Shown here piece after piece: positions 30,129 through 40,313 of a stretch of DNA of 64,000 nucleotides. The translations under genes and the position numbers were made by a program. This DNA comes from an uncultured Fibrobacterota bacterium (GTDB lineage: Bacteria; Fibrobacterota; Chitinivibrionia; Chitinivibrionales; FEN-1185). The stretch is taken from the NCBI GenBank assembly GCA_963729895.1, contig CAVSQB010000005.1:352001-416000 (forward strand). Reading direction: 5' to 3'. Each line of letters opens with the position of its first letter. The stretch's first letter is position 1. Under the pieces are notes generated by a model. That model searched no databases. It was given only the letters and a program-made list of their open reading frames with translations, and was not told the origin of the DNA.

Positions 30129-31136
30129 ATGATGGAACAGCTTGCGATTGGAATTGATCTCGGCGGCACCAACCTCAAGGGCATCATCATGAGCCGGGAC
30201 GGCGAGGGACGTCACCTCACGCGAGTTCCGACTGAGGCCAAGAAGGGCGGGCAAAAGGTTCTTGACAATATACTTACGCTTGTCGACAAACTAATCCAGC
30301 GGGAAGGATCCAAGGACAATATCATCGGCGTCGGCATCGGAACGCCGGGCTTTGTCGACCGTGACGGGACCATCAGCGGCGGGGCCGAAAACCTTCCCGG
30401 CTGGAAGGGAATGCAGATATACGAACCTATCCAGCAACGGTTCGGTCTTCCCGCAACGGCCGGAAACGACGTCACGGTTACCGCGCTGGCCGAATCGCGT
30501 TTCGGCGCGGGCAAGGGCGTCAAGAACATGGTGTGCCTCGCTCTCGGCACCGGAATCGGCGGCGGAATCGTGGTGAACGGCCAGCTTTACAAAGGCTCGC
30601 ACGGCATGGCGGGCGAGCTGGGGCATATCTGCGTGGAAACAAACGGACTTCAGTGCAATTGCGGACAAAAAGGATGCGTCGAACGGTATGCATCCGCCAC
30701 CGGCATCGTCAACATGGCGATACGCGTGTGCGAAGACCTTGATGTCAAGCAGCAGACCGCGTTCGCCCACGAGGTGCTGCGCAGGCCCCAGGGGCTTACC
30801 TCCAAGATCGTTTACGATTATGTCAAGAAAAACGATCCGGTCGCCTGCCGCGTGAACGAGCTGGTGTGCGAGAAGCTCGCCCGCGCCGTGGGCATCATCG
30901 TCAACGCCTTGTCGCCCGACCGCATCATCCTCGGCGGCGGGGTCATGATGGCGGGCCAGGTGATTATCGACACGGTGTCGCGGTACGCGCCCATGTTCTG
31001 CTGGCCCGAAGTATGGAAGAGGTGCGACATGGCCATCGCCCAGCTCGGCGAGAACGCGGGCGTTCTCGGGGCCGCGGGGCTCGTGTTCGAAGACTTTACA
31101 GACCAGAATCCTCTCGACAATTCCACGGCCGCGTAG
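30129..31136 (+). CDS. ROK family sugar kinase (glucokinase-like)
   Basis: IGIDLGGT, GTPG, LGTGIGGG, AGELGH, CNCGQKGCVE. Confidence 0.9.
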   Translation: MMEQLAIGIDLGGTNLKGIIMSRDGEGRHLTRVPTEAKKGGQKVLDNILTLVDKLIQREGSKDNIIGVGIGTPGFVDRDGTISGGAENLPGWKGMQIYEPIQQRFGLPATAGNDVTVTALAESRFGAGKGVKNMVCLALGTGIGGGIVVNGQLYKGSHGMAGELGHICVETNGLQCNCGQKGCVERYASATGIVNMAIRVCEDLDVKQQTAFAHEVLRRPQGLTSKIVYDYVKKNDPVACRVNELVCEKLARAVGIIVNALSPDRIILGGGVMMAGQVIIDTVSRYAPMFCWPEVWKRCDMAIAQLGENAGVLGAAGLVFEDFTDQNPLDNSTAA

Positions 31137-31169
31137 CCCCTCCGTCCGGGCGATGCGCCGGGAGCCTTC

Positions 31170-33158
31170 ATGGCCGACAGCACTGCCGAACAACTCTCCA
31201 AGCTCCGCGAGGCCGTTCGCCGGTACGATGCGGCCTACTACGGCCGCGGTGAATCGCTGGTTTCCGACAAGGAATACGACGATCTCACCGCGCGGCTTGT
31301 GCGGCTCGAACAGCAGTACCCCCGCCTTGTAACTCCCGATTCGCCGACCCGGCGCGTTGCGAGCGATCTCACCAAGACCTTTGCAAAAGTGCGTCATTCC
31401 GTGCCCATGATGAGCATCGACAACACCTATTCGGAGCCCGAAGTGCGCGAATGGATGGAACGGGTGCAGAAACTGCTTCCCGGCGAAAAGGTCTCTTTTG
31501 TGGGTGAGCTCAAGGTGGACGGCGTCGCATCGAGCCTGGTGTACGCGAAGGGCAGGCTGGCCTCGGGCGTCACGAGGGGCGACGGGGTTACTGGCGACGA
31601 CGTGACCGCCAACATCCGCACCGTGCGGTCGGTTCCGCTGTCGCTTTCGTCAAACGAATCACTTGAGGTCCGCGGCGAAGTGTACATGACCTTCGCGGCC
31701 TTCCGGTCGCTCAACGACTCCCTCGTTGAAAACGGCCAGCGGCCCATGCAGAACCCGCGCAATACCACGTCGGGCACGCTCAAGCTGCTCGATCCGAAGG
31801 AAGTTGCGCGGCGCAACCTCAGCTTCGCGGCCTACTTTCTGCTCTCAAAGTCCCACGGCGCAAGCCACCTCGAGAACCTCGCCGCGCTCGAATCGCTCGG
31901 GTTCCCGGTTGTCATCCACTCCGGCAGGCTGTTGGCGGCCGATGACGTAATCGCATTCCTGCGTGAATGGAACACGAAGCGCCGCGGCCTCGATTTTCCC
32001 GTGGACGGCGTGGTTGTCAAGGTGGACGATATCGGCCATCAGGAAAAGCTCGGGACAACGGCAAAAAGCCCGCGCTGGGTGATTGCCTACAAATATCAGC
32101 CCGAGACGGCGGTCACGCAGGTTGTGGCCATAGAGCCCAACGTGGGCAGGACCGGCGTGGTGACTCCGGTGGCGAAACTCGAACCGGTGCTGCTTGCCGG
32201 CACAACCATACGCAATGCGACCCTGCACAACTACGATGAAATACGGCGTCTCGACGTGCGCGTGAGCGACGCTGTGTCCATAGAAAAAGGCGGCGAAATC
32301 ATTCCGAAGATAACGGCAGTGCTCGTGGACAGGCGGCCCTCCGGCAGCAGGGAATACCAGGAACCCGCGCGTTGTCCGTCGTGCAGGGCACGGCTCGTGC
32401 GCCTCAACGGGGAAGTGGCGCTGCGGTGCGTCAACAATTCCTGCCCTGCCCAGCTTTTCGCGTCGCTCACCCATTTTGTGTCGCGTACCGCAATGAACAT
32501 CGAAGGCCTGGGACCGGCGCTCATCGCCAAATTGCTCGATGCCGGGCTCATAAGAAACGTTGCGGACCTTTTCACGCTCGCCGCCGGAAACCTTGCGGAC
32601 CTGGAGGGAATGGGGGAGAAATCCGCGGCGCATATCGTCGCGGCGCTCGAAGCCGCAAAGAAAAACCCGCTCGACCGGCTGCTGCACGGTATCGGCATAC
32701 GCATGGTGGGCGCGCAGACCGCCCGCGTGCTCGCGCAGGAAATACGTGACATCACCGCCCTGTTCGATATGCCTGCAAGCAAGCTCGAAACCATGCCCGC
32801 CATTGGACCGCAGGTGGCGCAAAGCATACGCAGCTTTTTCGACAGGGAAGAGAACCGCGGCCTTGTTCTCCGCCTTCGTTCCCTCGGCGTCAACTGCAAC
32901 GGCATGGAAAAGCCCGCTGGCGATCCCGCATTTGCGGGCAAGACCTTTGTGCTGACGGGCGGTCTCGCCCGGTATTCCCGCCAGGCGGCACAGTCGCTCA
33001 TCGAATCCCGCGGCGGAAGCGTGTCCGGGAGCGTGAGCAAGAAAACCGACTACGTCGTGGCAGGGGAAGATCCGGGGTCCAAGCTCGGCGGAGCGCGCAC
33101 GCTTGGCGTTGCAGTGCTTTCCGAAGAAGAATTCCTGAAAATGCTTGGAGAGAAGTGA
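31170..33158 (+). CDS. ligA: NAD-dependent DNA ligase
   Basis: ELKVDG, TRGDG, EVRGE, NPRN, Zn finger, HhH and BRCT (GSVSKKTDY). Confidence 0.96.
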   Translation: MADSTAEQLSKLREAVRRYDAAYYGRGESLVSDKEYDDLTARLVRLEQQYPRLVTPDSPTRRVASDLTKTFAKVRHSVPMMSIDNTYSEPEVREWMERVQKLLPGEKVSFVGELKVDGVASSLVYAKGRLASGVTRGDGVTGDDVTANIRTVRSVPLSLSSNESLEVRGEVYMTFAAFRSLNDSLVENGQRPMQNPRNTTSGTLKLLDPKEVARRNLSFAAYFLLSKSHGASHLENLAALESLGFPVVIHSGRLLAADDVIAFLREWNTKRRGLDFPVDGVVVKVDDIGHQEKLGTTAKSPRWVIAYKYQPETAVTQVVAIEPNVGRTGVVTPVAKLEPVLLAGTTIRNATLHNYDEIRRLDVRVSDAVSIEKGGEIIPKITAVLVDRRPSGSREYQEPARCPSCRARLVRLNGEVALRCVNNSCPAQLFASLTHFVSRTAMNIEGLGPALIAKLLDAGLIRNVADLFTLAAGNLADLEGMGEKSAAHIVAALEAAKKNPLDRLLHGIGIRMVGAQTARVLAQEIRDITALFDMPASKLETMPAIGPQVAQSIRSFFDREENRGLVLRLRSLGVNCNGMEKPAGDPAFAGKTFVLTGGLARYSRQAAQSLIESRGGSVSGSVSKKTDYVVAGEDPGSKLGGARTLGVAVLSEEEFLKMLGEK

Positions 33159-33171
33159 CGGACTTTTCCCG

Positions 33172-34236
33172 ATGAACAACATCCTTCTCTACTGCCGCGC
33201 GGGATTCGAATCGGAATGCAGCCGCGAATTCGCCCGCCTGTCAAACCGGTTCGGCGCGGGCGGAACCGCCGCGGCGGTTCCGGGAAGCGGATACGCGGTA
33301 CACCGTTTTGCGGGCGAATCCTCCTGTCGCCGATGCATCCGGGCGCTTCCGTTCTCCTCGCTCACCTTCGGCCGCCAGATGAGTGCGGCATCGGACCCGG
33401 TGGGCCCGCTGTCCCCCGGCAACCGCGTTGCGCCGCTTGTTGACGAGGCAGGTCGGTTTGGAATGCGCTTCGCCGGTTTCTTCGTCGAAACCGCAGATAC
33501 CAATGAAGCGAAGCAGTTGAGCGGCCTGTGCAGGAAGCTTACGGCGCCGCTCGCGGAAGCTCTTGACAAGAAAGATTTGCTCGACAAGGCCGCGGGAGCG
33601 GAAGCGCGGCGGCTCCACATTTTTTTCACCGCATCCGATCGCGCGTACGCGGGGTTTTCGCACGTCGGCAACTCGTCGCCGTGGCCCCTGGGCATTCCGC
33701 GCCTCAAGTTTCCGGCGGGCGCGCCGAGCAGGTCTGCGCTCAAGCTGGAGGAGGCATTGTGCGTATTCTTGACAACAGAAGAAATGGTCCGGTTCCTTAA
33801 ACCGGGCCTCACCGCGGTGGATCTCGGGGCGTCGCCCGGCGGCTGGACCTGGCAATTTGCCGTCCGGGGCATGCGGGTCACGGCGGTTGACAACGGCAGC
33901 ATGGATTCGCGACTGCTGGGTTCCGGTCTGGTCCGGCATGTCCGGTCCGACGCGTTCACGTTTGTCCCGCGTCGGCCTGTCGACTGGATGGTGTGCGACG
34001 TGGTGGAACAGCCGTCGCGGATTGCAAGGCTCGCGGCCCAGTGGATAGCGCGGAAATGGTGCCGCGTGACGATTTTCAATCTGAAGCTTCCCATGAAAAA
34101 ACGGTATGAGGAAGTGATGCGGTGCAAGGAAATTGTTTCCCGGGAACTCAAGCCGCATGACATCGCGTACGATCTCCGCCTAAAGCATTTGTATCACGAC
34201 AGGGAAGAGGTGACGGCGTTGCTGCGCAGGACCTGA
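33172..34236 (+). CDS. rlmM: 23S rRNA C2498 2'-O-methyltransferase RlmM
   Basis: LYCRAGFESEC, PSRSALKLEEA, DLGASPGGWT, VCDVVEQP, NLKLPMKKRY, LYHDREEVT. Confidence 0.9.
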   Translation: MNNILLYCRAGFESECSREFARLSNRFGAGGTAAAVPGSGYAVHRFAGESSCRRCIRALPFSSLTFGRQMSAASDPVGPLSPGNRVAPLVDEAGRFGMRFAGFFVETADTNEAKQLSGLCRKLTAPLAEALDKKDLLDKAAGAEARRLHIFFTASDRAYAGFSHVGNSSPWPLGIPRLKFPAGAPSRSALKLEEALCVFLTTEEMVRFLKPGLTAVDLGASPGGWTWQFAVRGMRVTAVDNGSMDSRLLGSGLVRHVRSDAFTFVPRRPVDWMVCDVVEQPSRIARLAAQWIARKWCRVTIFNLKLPMKKRYEEVMRCKEIVSRELKPHDIAYDLRLKHLYHDREEVTALLRRT

Positions 34237-34459
34237 TTCGTTCATCAACCGGCGAGTTTTTTCACAAATGGCCCGTTGATGAACAATAAATATAGGCCTG
34301 GCTTTGTTTTTTTTATTAAATTATAGGATAAAGACTTTGCTGACTTCAAATGCGGTCTTACAAACTCCAGCAGAAAGGATTGAAAGGAAGGGGGGATCTT
34401 TTGATTCTGCTTCACGCGATGCCAGTGAATAATTATAAACAAATCGGGAGGAGTATTAC

Positions 34460-34858
34460 ATGAAGAAGCTATGTTGTCTCTATGCGGCCATTGCTCTCAT
34501 GGCCCCAATGATTGTCGGCGCCGTGACATGGCAGATGGACAGCAGTCCATTTATTTTTCCCGGCAGCGGGGTGAAATTTCTCAAGCAGACGAACGCTTCA
34601 CAAGCAGTCCTCAAGTACAAACAAGGCATTTCCAGAGGGTTTGTAACCTTTCAGTACAGCCTGCCGCAAGGAACAAAAACCGCACGGCTCGCCATCTACG
34701 ATCTTTTCGGCAAGCAGATCGAGTCGTTTGATCTGTCTGCGGGAGCCAATTCGGTTCAGTGGAGCATTGCAAAACGCACTGTTGCGGCCGGAGTTTACCT
34801 GGCTGCACTGCGGTACGGTTCGTTTGAAAACAAAATTCAGATATCCATTGTCAAATAG
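34460..34858 (+). CDS. Small secreted protein consisting mainly of a T9SS/FlgD-like Ig domain
   Basis: GGAGG RBS, signal peptide, FQYSLP...LAIYDLFGKQI...AGVYLAAL...KIQISIVK. Confidence 0.75.
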   Translation: MKKLCCLYAAIALMAPMIVGAVTWQMDSSPFIFPGSGVKFLKQTNASQAVLKYKQGISRGFVTFQYSLPQGTKTARLAIYDLFGKQIESFDLSAGANSVQWSIAKRTVAAGVYLAALRYGSFENKIQISIVK

Positions 34859-34870
34859 GGGGGTTGCACC

Positions 34871-37303
34871 ATGACCATAAGAAAACTGCTCGTATTATTA
34901 CTCGGCATAGTATCATTTCCCGTTCTGGCGGGGTTTAATTCGGTGACGGTTCCGGCGGCAATGCTGCATATGCCGGATGCCGGCACGGGCCTCGGGTTTT
35001 CAGGCGAATTGCAATACGCGGTCACTGCGGGAGACACCGATTCGGTCTATGTCACGCTTACCATCACCACGGCGGACGGCGCAACAACACTTGCCCTCAG
35101 CGAAATGTCGGGCGATGTCGGCATGATCCGGATTGTCAATCCTAACGTGGCGGAAAACCACATGATCTTCTTCCAGGCCCCGACCGCTGTTCCGGGAACG
35201 CAATATATTGCGCACCTGACCGCCGGCGCCGCCATATCGGGCGTCAAGACCCAGGTTGAGGGGTTTCTCCAGACCATGTCGAAAAACGACAAGGCAGCCA
35301 TGATGAGCGGCTGCTGCGACGGGTTTACGGGAACCGCCGGCGGTACCACGATTCCGGCTATTTTCATGTCCGACGGTCCCAATGGAGTGAGACCGACAAG
35401 CGGCTCGCAGGCATCCCTGTTTCCCACCTGTTCCAATGAGGCGAGCAGCTGGGACACGGCTATTGCGACTATCGATGGACAGGCCAAGGGTGAGGAATTC
35501 AGGGCGCTGGGAAAAAACTGTTCCCTGGGCCCTGCCCTCGACCTCGTGTACCATCCGCAGGGCGGCAGGGCTTCCGAGTATTACGGTGAAGACCCCTATG
35601 AATCGGGCCACATGGCCGCCGCCGACGTCCGCGGAGAGCAGCTCAAAGGCGTTGCGGCAACCATCAAGCACTATGCCTGCAACAACAAGGAAGACAACCG
35701 GCAGACCCTCAGCGCCAATATGAGCGAGCGTTCGTTGCGGGAAGTTTATCTTGCAAACTGGGAAACGCCCATTGTGCAGGGCGGCTGCTGGGGAGTGATG
35801 GGAGCGTACAACCAGGTAAACCGTCTGGTGCCAAACCAGGGCCCTGCGTGCCAGAACAAGTACCTGGAGACCGATGTCCTGCGCAATGAATGGGGCTACA
35901 AGTACATGGCCATGACCGACTGGGGCGTGATCATGAACTTTCAGCCTGCAATCACTTACGGAATCGACATCGAGATGCCGGGCCCCAATAACTACACCCC
36001 CGGCGCGGTCGCCCAGGAGCCGGACAGCATAGTCAATATGCACATTCGAAGGATCATTTACACGCACGAAAAGATCGGAGACCTTGTGTCCGGGTACCTG
36101 CCGACTGCGTTCGGCACTACCTTCGAAAGCACCGTTCATGAGAAGATCATACGTCAAGTGGGCACGGCAGGCATTGTCCTTGGCAGGAACGATTCGGTTT
36201 CTGCGGATTCCAACGGTAATGCCTTGAGAGTCCTGCCGCTTCCCAAAAAGGGCGCGAAAATCGCTCTTACCGGTTCATTTGCAACTACCTGCCGCCTTGG
36301 TCCCGGCGGCAGCAGCCTTGTTAACCCCTATTTGCGCGTTGATCCTACCACCGGGATAAACCAGCTGCTTAAAGGTACTGCCGGCAATGCCGGAGGATAT
36401 CCGCCGAATCCCGGCGCCTCGACCCTTGTAGCAGACATTACCACGGCGGATTACATTGTGGTTTTTGTGGGGGTCACGGGAGAGCAGGAAGGCGCGGACA
36501 GGCCTTATCTGGCAGTGCAGTCCGGGGACGGCGATGCCGCCGTTCAGGCGGCGCTCAATGTCAAGACAGCCAAGACGATAGTCGTGTACACCGGCGGCAG
36601 CGCCGCAAGCACCGGCGGCGGCGCATACTGGCCCCAAGCCAATGCGATTGTTTTCGCATTCTATCCGGGCGAGGATCAGGGGTATGCAATTGCGGATGTT
36701 CTGTTCGGCAATGTCAACCCGAGCGGCAAGCTGCCCGTGACGTTCCCCGTGGACGCCACCCAACTTCCGAACTTCTCGTTGATAAGCAGCGTTGACCTCA
36801 ACTATCCTTCGTCCGACACCGCGCACGGGTATTTCAGGATGGACAAGAACGGGTGGACGCCGGGGTTCTATTTCGGCTCCGGCCTCAGCTACACAAAATT
36901 CTCCTATTCCAACCTGAGCATCTATCCCGACTCAATCCAGGCTGGCGACAGGGTGCATGTGCGGCTCACAGTCACGAATACAGGGACCGTCGCGGGAAAA
37001 GAGACCGCGGAGTTGTATTTGTCTATGCCGTCCGGCGCGGGTTTACCGGTTCGCGTGCAGGACCTTCGCGGCTTCCAGAAAGTGCCCCCCGACCCGGCGC
37101 AGACCCTAGCGCCGCAAGCGAGCGCCACGGTCGAATTCACGCTGACCGAGGAAGATATGCGGGTGTTTAACCCGAATGGCGCGGATTACAACGGAGCCGG
37201 AACCTGGCAGGTGCTGCCGGGGACCTACGGCGTGCGCGTGGGCACGTCGTCCCAGCGTGATCTCCAGCCGACCTCCAGCGGCACGTTTGCAGTCGTGCAG
37301 TAG
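34871..37303 (+). CDS. Secreted GH3 beta-glucosidase-like glycoside hydrolase with Fn3-like C-terminus
   Basis: SDGPNG, GRASEYYGEDP, IKHY, MTDW nucleophile motif, NPSGKLPVTFP, FGSGLSYT, LRGFQK. Confidence 0.92.
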   Translation: MTIRKLLVLLLGIVSFPVLAGFNSVTVPAAMLHMPDAGTGLGFSGELQYAVTAGDTDSVYVTLTITTADGATTLALSEMSGDVGMIRIVNPNVAENHMIFFQAPTAVPGTQYIAHLTAGAAISGVKTQVEGFLQTMSKNDKAAMMSGCCDGFTGTAGGTTIPAIFMSDGPNGVRPTSGSQASLFPTCSNEASSWDTAIATIDGQAKGEEFRALGKNCSLGPALDLVYHPQGGRASEYYGEDPYESGHMAAADVRGEQLKGVAATIKHYACNNKEDNRQTLSANMSERSLREVYLANWETPIVQGGCWGVMGAYNQVNRLVPNQGPACQNKYLETDVLRNEWGYKYMAMTDWGVIMNFQPAITYGIDIEMPGPNNYTPGAVAQEPDSIVNMHIRRIIYTHEKIGDLVSGYLPTAFGTTFESTVHEKIIRQVGTAGIVLGRNDSVSADSNGNALRVLPLPKKGAKIALTGSFATTCRLGPGGSSLVNPYLRVDPTTGINQLLKGTAGNAGGYPPNPGASTLVADITTADYIVVFVGVTGEQEGADRPYLAVQSGDGDAAVQAALNVKTAKTIVVYTGGSAASTGGGAYWPQANAIVFAFYPGEDQGYAIADVLFGNVNPSGKLPVTFPVDATQLPNFSLISSVDLNYPSSDTAHGYFRMDKNGWTPGFYFGSGLSYTKFSYSNLSIYPDSIQAGDRVHVRLTVTNTGTVAGKETAELYLSMPSGAGLPVRVQDLRGFQKVPPDPAQTLAPQASATVEFTLTEEDMRVFNPNGADYNGAGTWQVLPGTYGVRVGTSSQRDLQPTSSGTFAVVQ

Positions 37304-37319
37304 CAGTTACTTAACAAAA

Positions 37320-37350
37320 GGCAACGGCGGGCCGCCCGCCCGCCGTTGCC
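37320..37350 (+). other. Strong intergenic hairpin without U-tract
   Basis: GGCAACGGCGGGC / GCCCGCCGTTGCC. Confidence 0.6.
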
Positions 37351-37435
37351 CGTCATCCATCTCCGCATACACCATAACGAGCCTCCCGTGAGGCGATCCC
37401 CGCTTCCCCGGGGTGACCAGGAAAGGAATTGAACA

Positions 37436-38920
37436 ATGACGAAAAGATCAGCATTCTTCTTTGCCGTGGCGGCGCTTGCAGCTGTCTCTCTTGTGAAGGC
37501 CCAGGACGATTCGGGAAATGGCGGCACGGCGGCGCTTGCCGCCGTCTCTCTTGCAAAGGTTCAGAACGATTCCGGAAACGGCGGCCGGGTGTTGCTTCCC
37601 GAAGGGCTGACGCTTCGACCCCATGCGTACGGCTTTATCGAGGGCGGCCAGGTGGTTTCGGGCCACCTCAATTCCTGGGGCGCACAAAATGTCAACAACA
37701 ATCCGAATGCTTACGGGATAGACCACGTCTGGACCGAGGATGCGGACATAGAATTCGGATTTGCCGCAACGTACCGCGAACATCTCAAGATGGATGTAAG
37801 CCTTGGCGCAAAAATGGCTTTTTCATATCCGATCGAGTTCGACGGATCTCACGTCGCCACCAAGTATCTCAATGACTACATCTATTTCGACCAGGCATAT
37901 GCCCAATATCACGTGGGACGCGAGGAATCGCCGTGGTTTTTGGCAGAGGTCGGGTATTTCAAGTTCAAGTATAATCCGGATGTCCGCAACCTTGGCGAAT
38001 ACATGTTCCGCACCGGAACGTACCCCATTTATTTTGACATGTCGTTTGATGCGCCTTTCCAGAGATTGCTTGGTATTCATGTGCAGGACAACTTCTTTAA
38101 CAGCCTGAAGCTCGATTTGCTTCTTGTAAGCGCCACACAGTTTCCTACGATGAACTGGTCCTTCGCCGCGCTTGCCGATTACGACATCGCCGCCCTTAAG
38201 TTTATTCATATCGGCGCCGGTGTCGATTGCTCCGATTTGCTTGATGTGTATACGGGTCATGCGTTCCCGGTTGCCGGAGGAGACCCTACGTCGCTCCAAT
38301 CTTCCCAGAAAAACCTCCGGTATATTGCGGCAAACGGCGATACCAACTATTACACATTCCAGGGCACAAAGGTGATGGGCCGCATATCATTTGACCCAAA
38401 GGCTTTTTTCAAGTGCAAGTATTTCGGCGACGACGATTTGAAACTGTATGCCGAGGCTGATCTGATAGGCGTGGAGAATTACCCGGATTCGGGACTCGGC
38501 CAAGGTGGAGCGATGCAGTTGGTGGCGCCTTCGTACAACAAGCCGCTCCAGAGGATACCGGTTGCTATCGGCTTCAATGTCCCCACCGTAAAGACTCTCG
38601 ATATCCTCAATGTGGAAATGGAATGGTTCGGTGCGCAGTACTACAACGATCCATCAAACGTGTTTTCAAATCAGAGCCAGCCGTTGCCCAACGACGTGAC
38701 ATATTGGGGCACGGCCAACGCACCAAACAAGAGTCCTATAAAGTGGTCCGTGTACGCCAAGAAGAGTTTCTTTAACGGCCATTTTGCCCTCACCGGACAA
38801 ATCGCCCGCGACCATCTTCGGTTGGCAAGCGCGGCCTACGATTATACGCAGGAATGGAACGAACTGCTGGTCACGTCAAACGACTGGTGGTGGATGCTTA
38901 AGGCAAGCTGGATGTTCTAG
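37436..38920 (+). CDS. Hypothetical exported protein, probable outer-membrane beta-barrel
   Basis: Signal peptide, aromatic-rich alternating strands, C-terminal ...LKASWMF ending in Phe. Confidence 0.6.
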   Translation: MTKRSAFFFAVAALAAVSLVKAQDDSGNGGTAALAAVSLAKVQNDSGNGGRVLLPEGLTLRPHAYGFIEGGQVVSGHLNSWGAQNVNNNPNAYGIDHVWTEDADIEFGFAATYREHLKMDVSLGAKMAFSYPIEFDGSHVATKYLNDYIYFDQAYAQYHVGREESPWFLAEVGYFKFKYNPDVRNLGEYMFRTGTYPIYFDMSFDAPFQRLLGIHVQDNFFNSLKLDLLLVSATQFPTMNWSFAALADYDIAALKFIHIGAGVDCSDLLDVYTGHAFPVAGGDPTSLQSSQKNLRYIAANGDTNYYTFQGTKVMGRISFDPKAFFKCKYFGDDDLKLYAEADLIGVENYPDSGLGQGGAMQLVAPSYNKPLQRIPVAIGFNVPTVKTLDILNVEMEWFGAQYYNDPSNVFSNQSQPLPNDVTYWGTANAPNKSPIKWSVYAKKSFFNGHFALTGQIARDHLRLASAAYDYTQEWNELLVTSNDWWWMLKASWMF

Positions 38921-39026
38921 CGGAAACACGGCATCCGATCTATGGGGGACAAGGTCCAACCGGCCTTGTCCCTTTTGTTTGCCCGTTGTTTGCAGCACTG
39001 CTTGTTGACAAAAGCAATCGGCGAGG

Positions 39027-40145
39027 CTAATACCGGAGGTACTCCAGCAGCATTCCAAGAAGCAGGAGGGAAATTCCCGCGATCGCCGCAAGGGCGATGG
39101 TTTGCGCTTTGCGGAACAAAGACCGGCCGTCGATGGCGGCCACGACGGCTTCCATTGATTGGAACCGCCTCTCCCGCTTTGTCGCCATCATCTTTCTGAT
39201 GAGCCGTACCGTGCCGTGCGAAACCGCGCGGTTGAGCTTCCGGGGAGACACAAAATTGCCGGTGAGGTGCTTGGTAAGGAGCTCCTGGGGCGAATTGCCT
39301 GTGTACACCGTGCGCCCCGTGAGCGCGTAGTAGAGTGTTGCGCCGAGAGAATAGATGTCGGTCCTTCCGTCGATGTCGCGGTTGCCGTCCACCTGTTCGG
39401 GCGAGGTGTAATAGAAAGATCCCACCAGGCATCCCTCCATCGTAAGAGACAGGTGGTCGACGTCGTGATGCATCACCAGCCCGAAATCCGTGATTTTGGG
39501 CGTGCCGCCGGCGTCGAAGATGATGTTTTCGGGCTTGACGTCACGGTGCACCACGCTTTTCGCATGCGCATGCCCGAGCGCCAGGGCGGTCGCGCGAACG
39601 ATGTCGAGCGCCTCCTTCTCCGGAAGCATCTTCTTTGAATCCACGTATGCCTTGAGCGACGGGCCGGTCAAAAGCTCCATGGCGAAGTAGTACCGCCTGT
39701 TGATTCTGCCGGCGTCGTAAATGGACACGATGTTGGGATGGCTAAGCTTTGCAAGTGCGCGGATCTCCTGGAAGAAGCGCGTCGCATTGGTGGTATCGTT
39801 CGTCACCGATGCGTTGATCACCTTTATGGCCACATTTCTTCCCATGAACTCATGGACCGCACGGTACACTTTTCCCATGCCGCCCTCGCCGATAAGGTCG
39901 CTGAGGCGGTAGGCGCCGAACACGGTGCCGTCTTCCGTAAGTTGGCCTATTTCGTTGAGTTCATGCACCTGCTGGCGGGAGAGATAGCCCTTGCTCACCA
40001 GGATTTCCTCGACCGGTGTGTCGAGCCCGATCTTTTTGCTTTTCTTGGCAATGCCCTTGCATTCGTCGAGCTGTTCCTGGCTGATGAGCTTCCGGTCCAG
40101 GGCAAGCTTCACAAATGTGATATTTGTTTCGGATTGTTCGTTCAT
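39027..40145 (-). CDS. Hanks-type Ser/Thr protein kinase with C-terminal TM helix
   Basis: GEGGMGKVY, VAIK, HRDVKPEN, DFG, YTSPEQ, DIYSLG. Confidence 0.93.
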   Translation of the reverse strand: MNEQSETNITFVKLALDRKLISQEQLDECKGIAKKSKKIGLDTPVEEILVSKGYLSRQQVHELNEIGQLTEDGTVFGAYRLSDLIGEGGMGKVYRAVHEFMGRNVAIKVINASVTNDTTNATRFFQEIRALAKLSHPNIVSIYDAGRINRRYYFAMELLTGPSLKAYVDSKKMLPEKEALDIVRATALALGHAHAKSVVHRDVKPENIIFDAGGTPKITDFGLVMHHDVDHLSLTMEGCLVGSFYYTSPEQVDGNRDIDGRTDIYSLGATLYYALTGRTVYTGNSPQELLTKHLTGNFVSPRKLNRAVSHGTVRLIRKMMATKRERRFQSMEAVVAAIDGRSLFRKAQTIALAAIAGISLLLLGMLLEYLRY

Positions 40146-40313
40146 ACGAAGTTCCAAACGCGCAGTGGGGGAAGCGAAAGCCCGGGGCGCGGGCAAAAGA
40201 CGCCCGCACCTTTTTCTAAAATATATTATTGCGTTCCACGGGAAGAAGCGCTCGCACAGGTTCCCGCCGTCGCGCGGAGGGGAATAGTATGGAGCCTGCC
40301 CGGGAGAGGGAAG

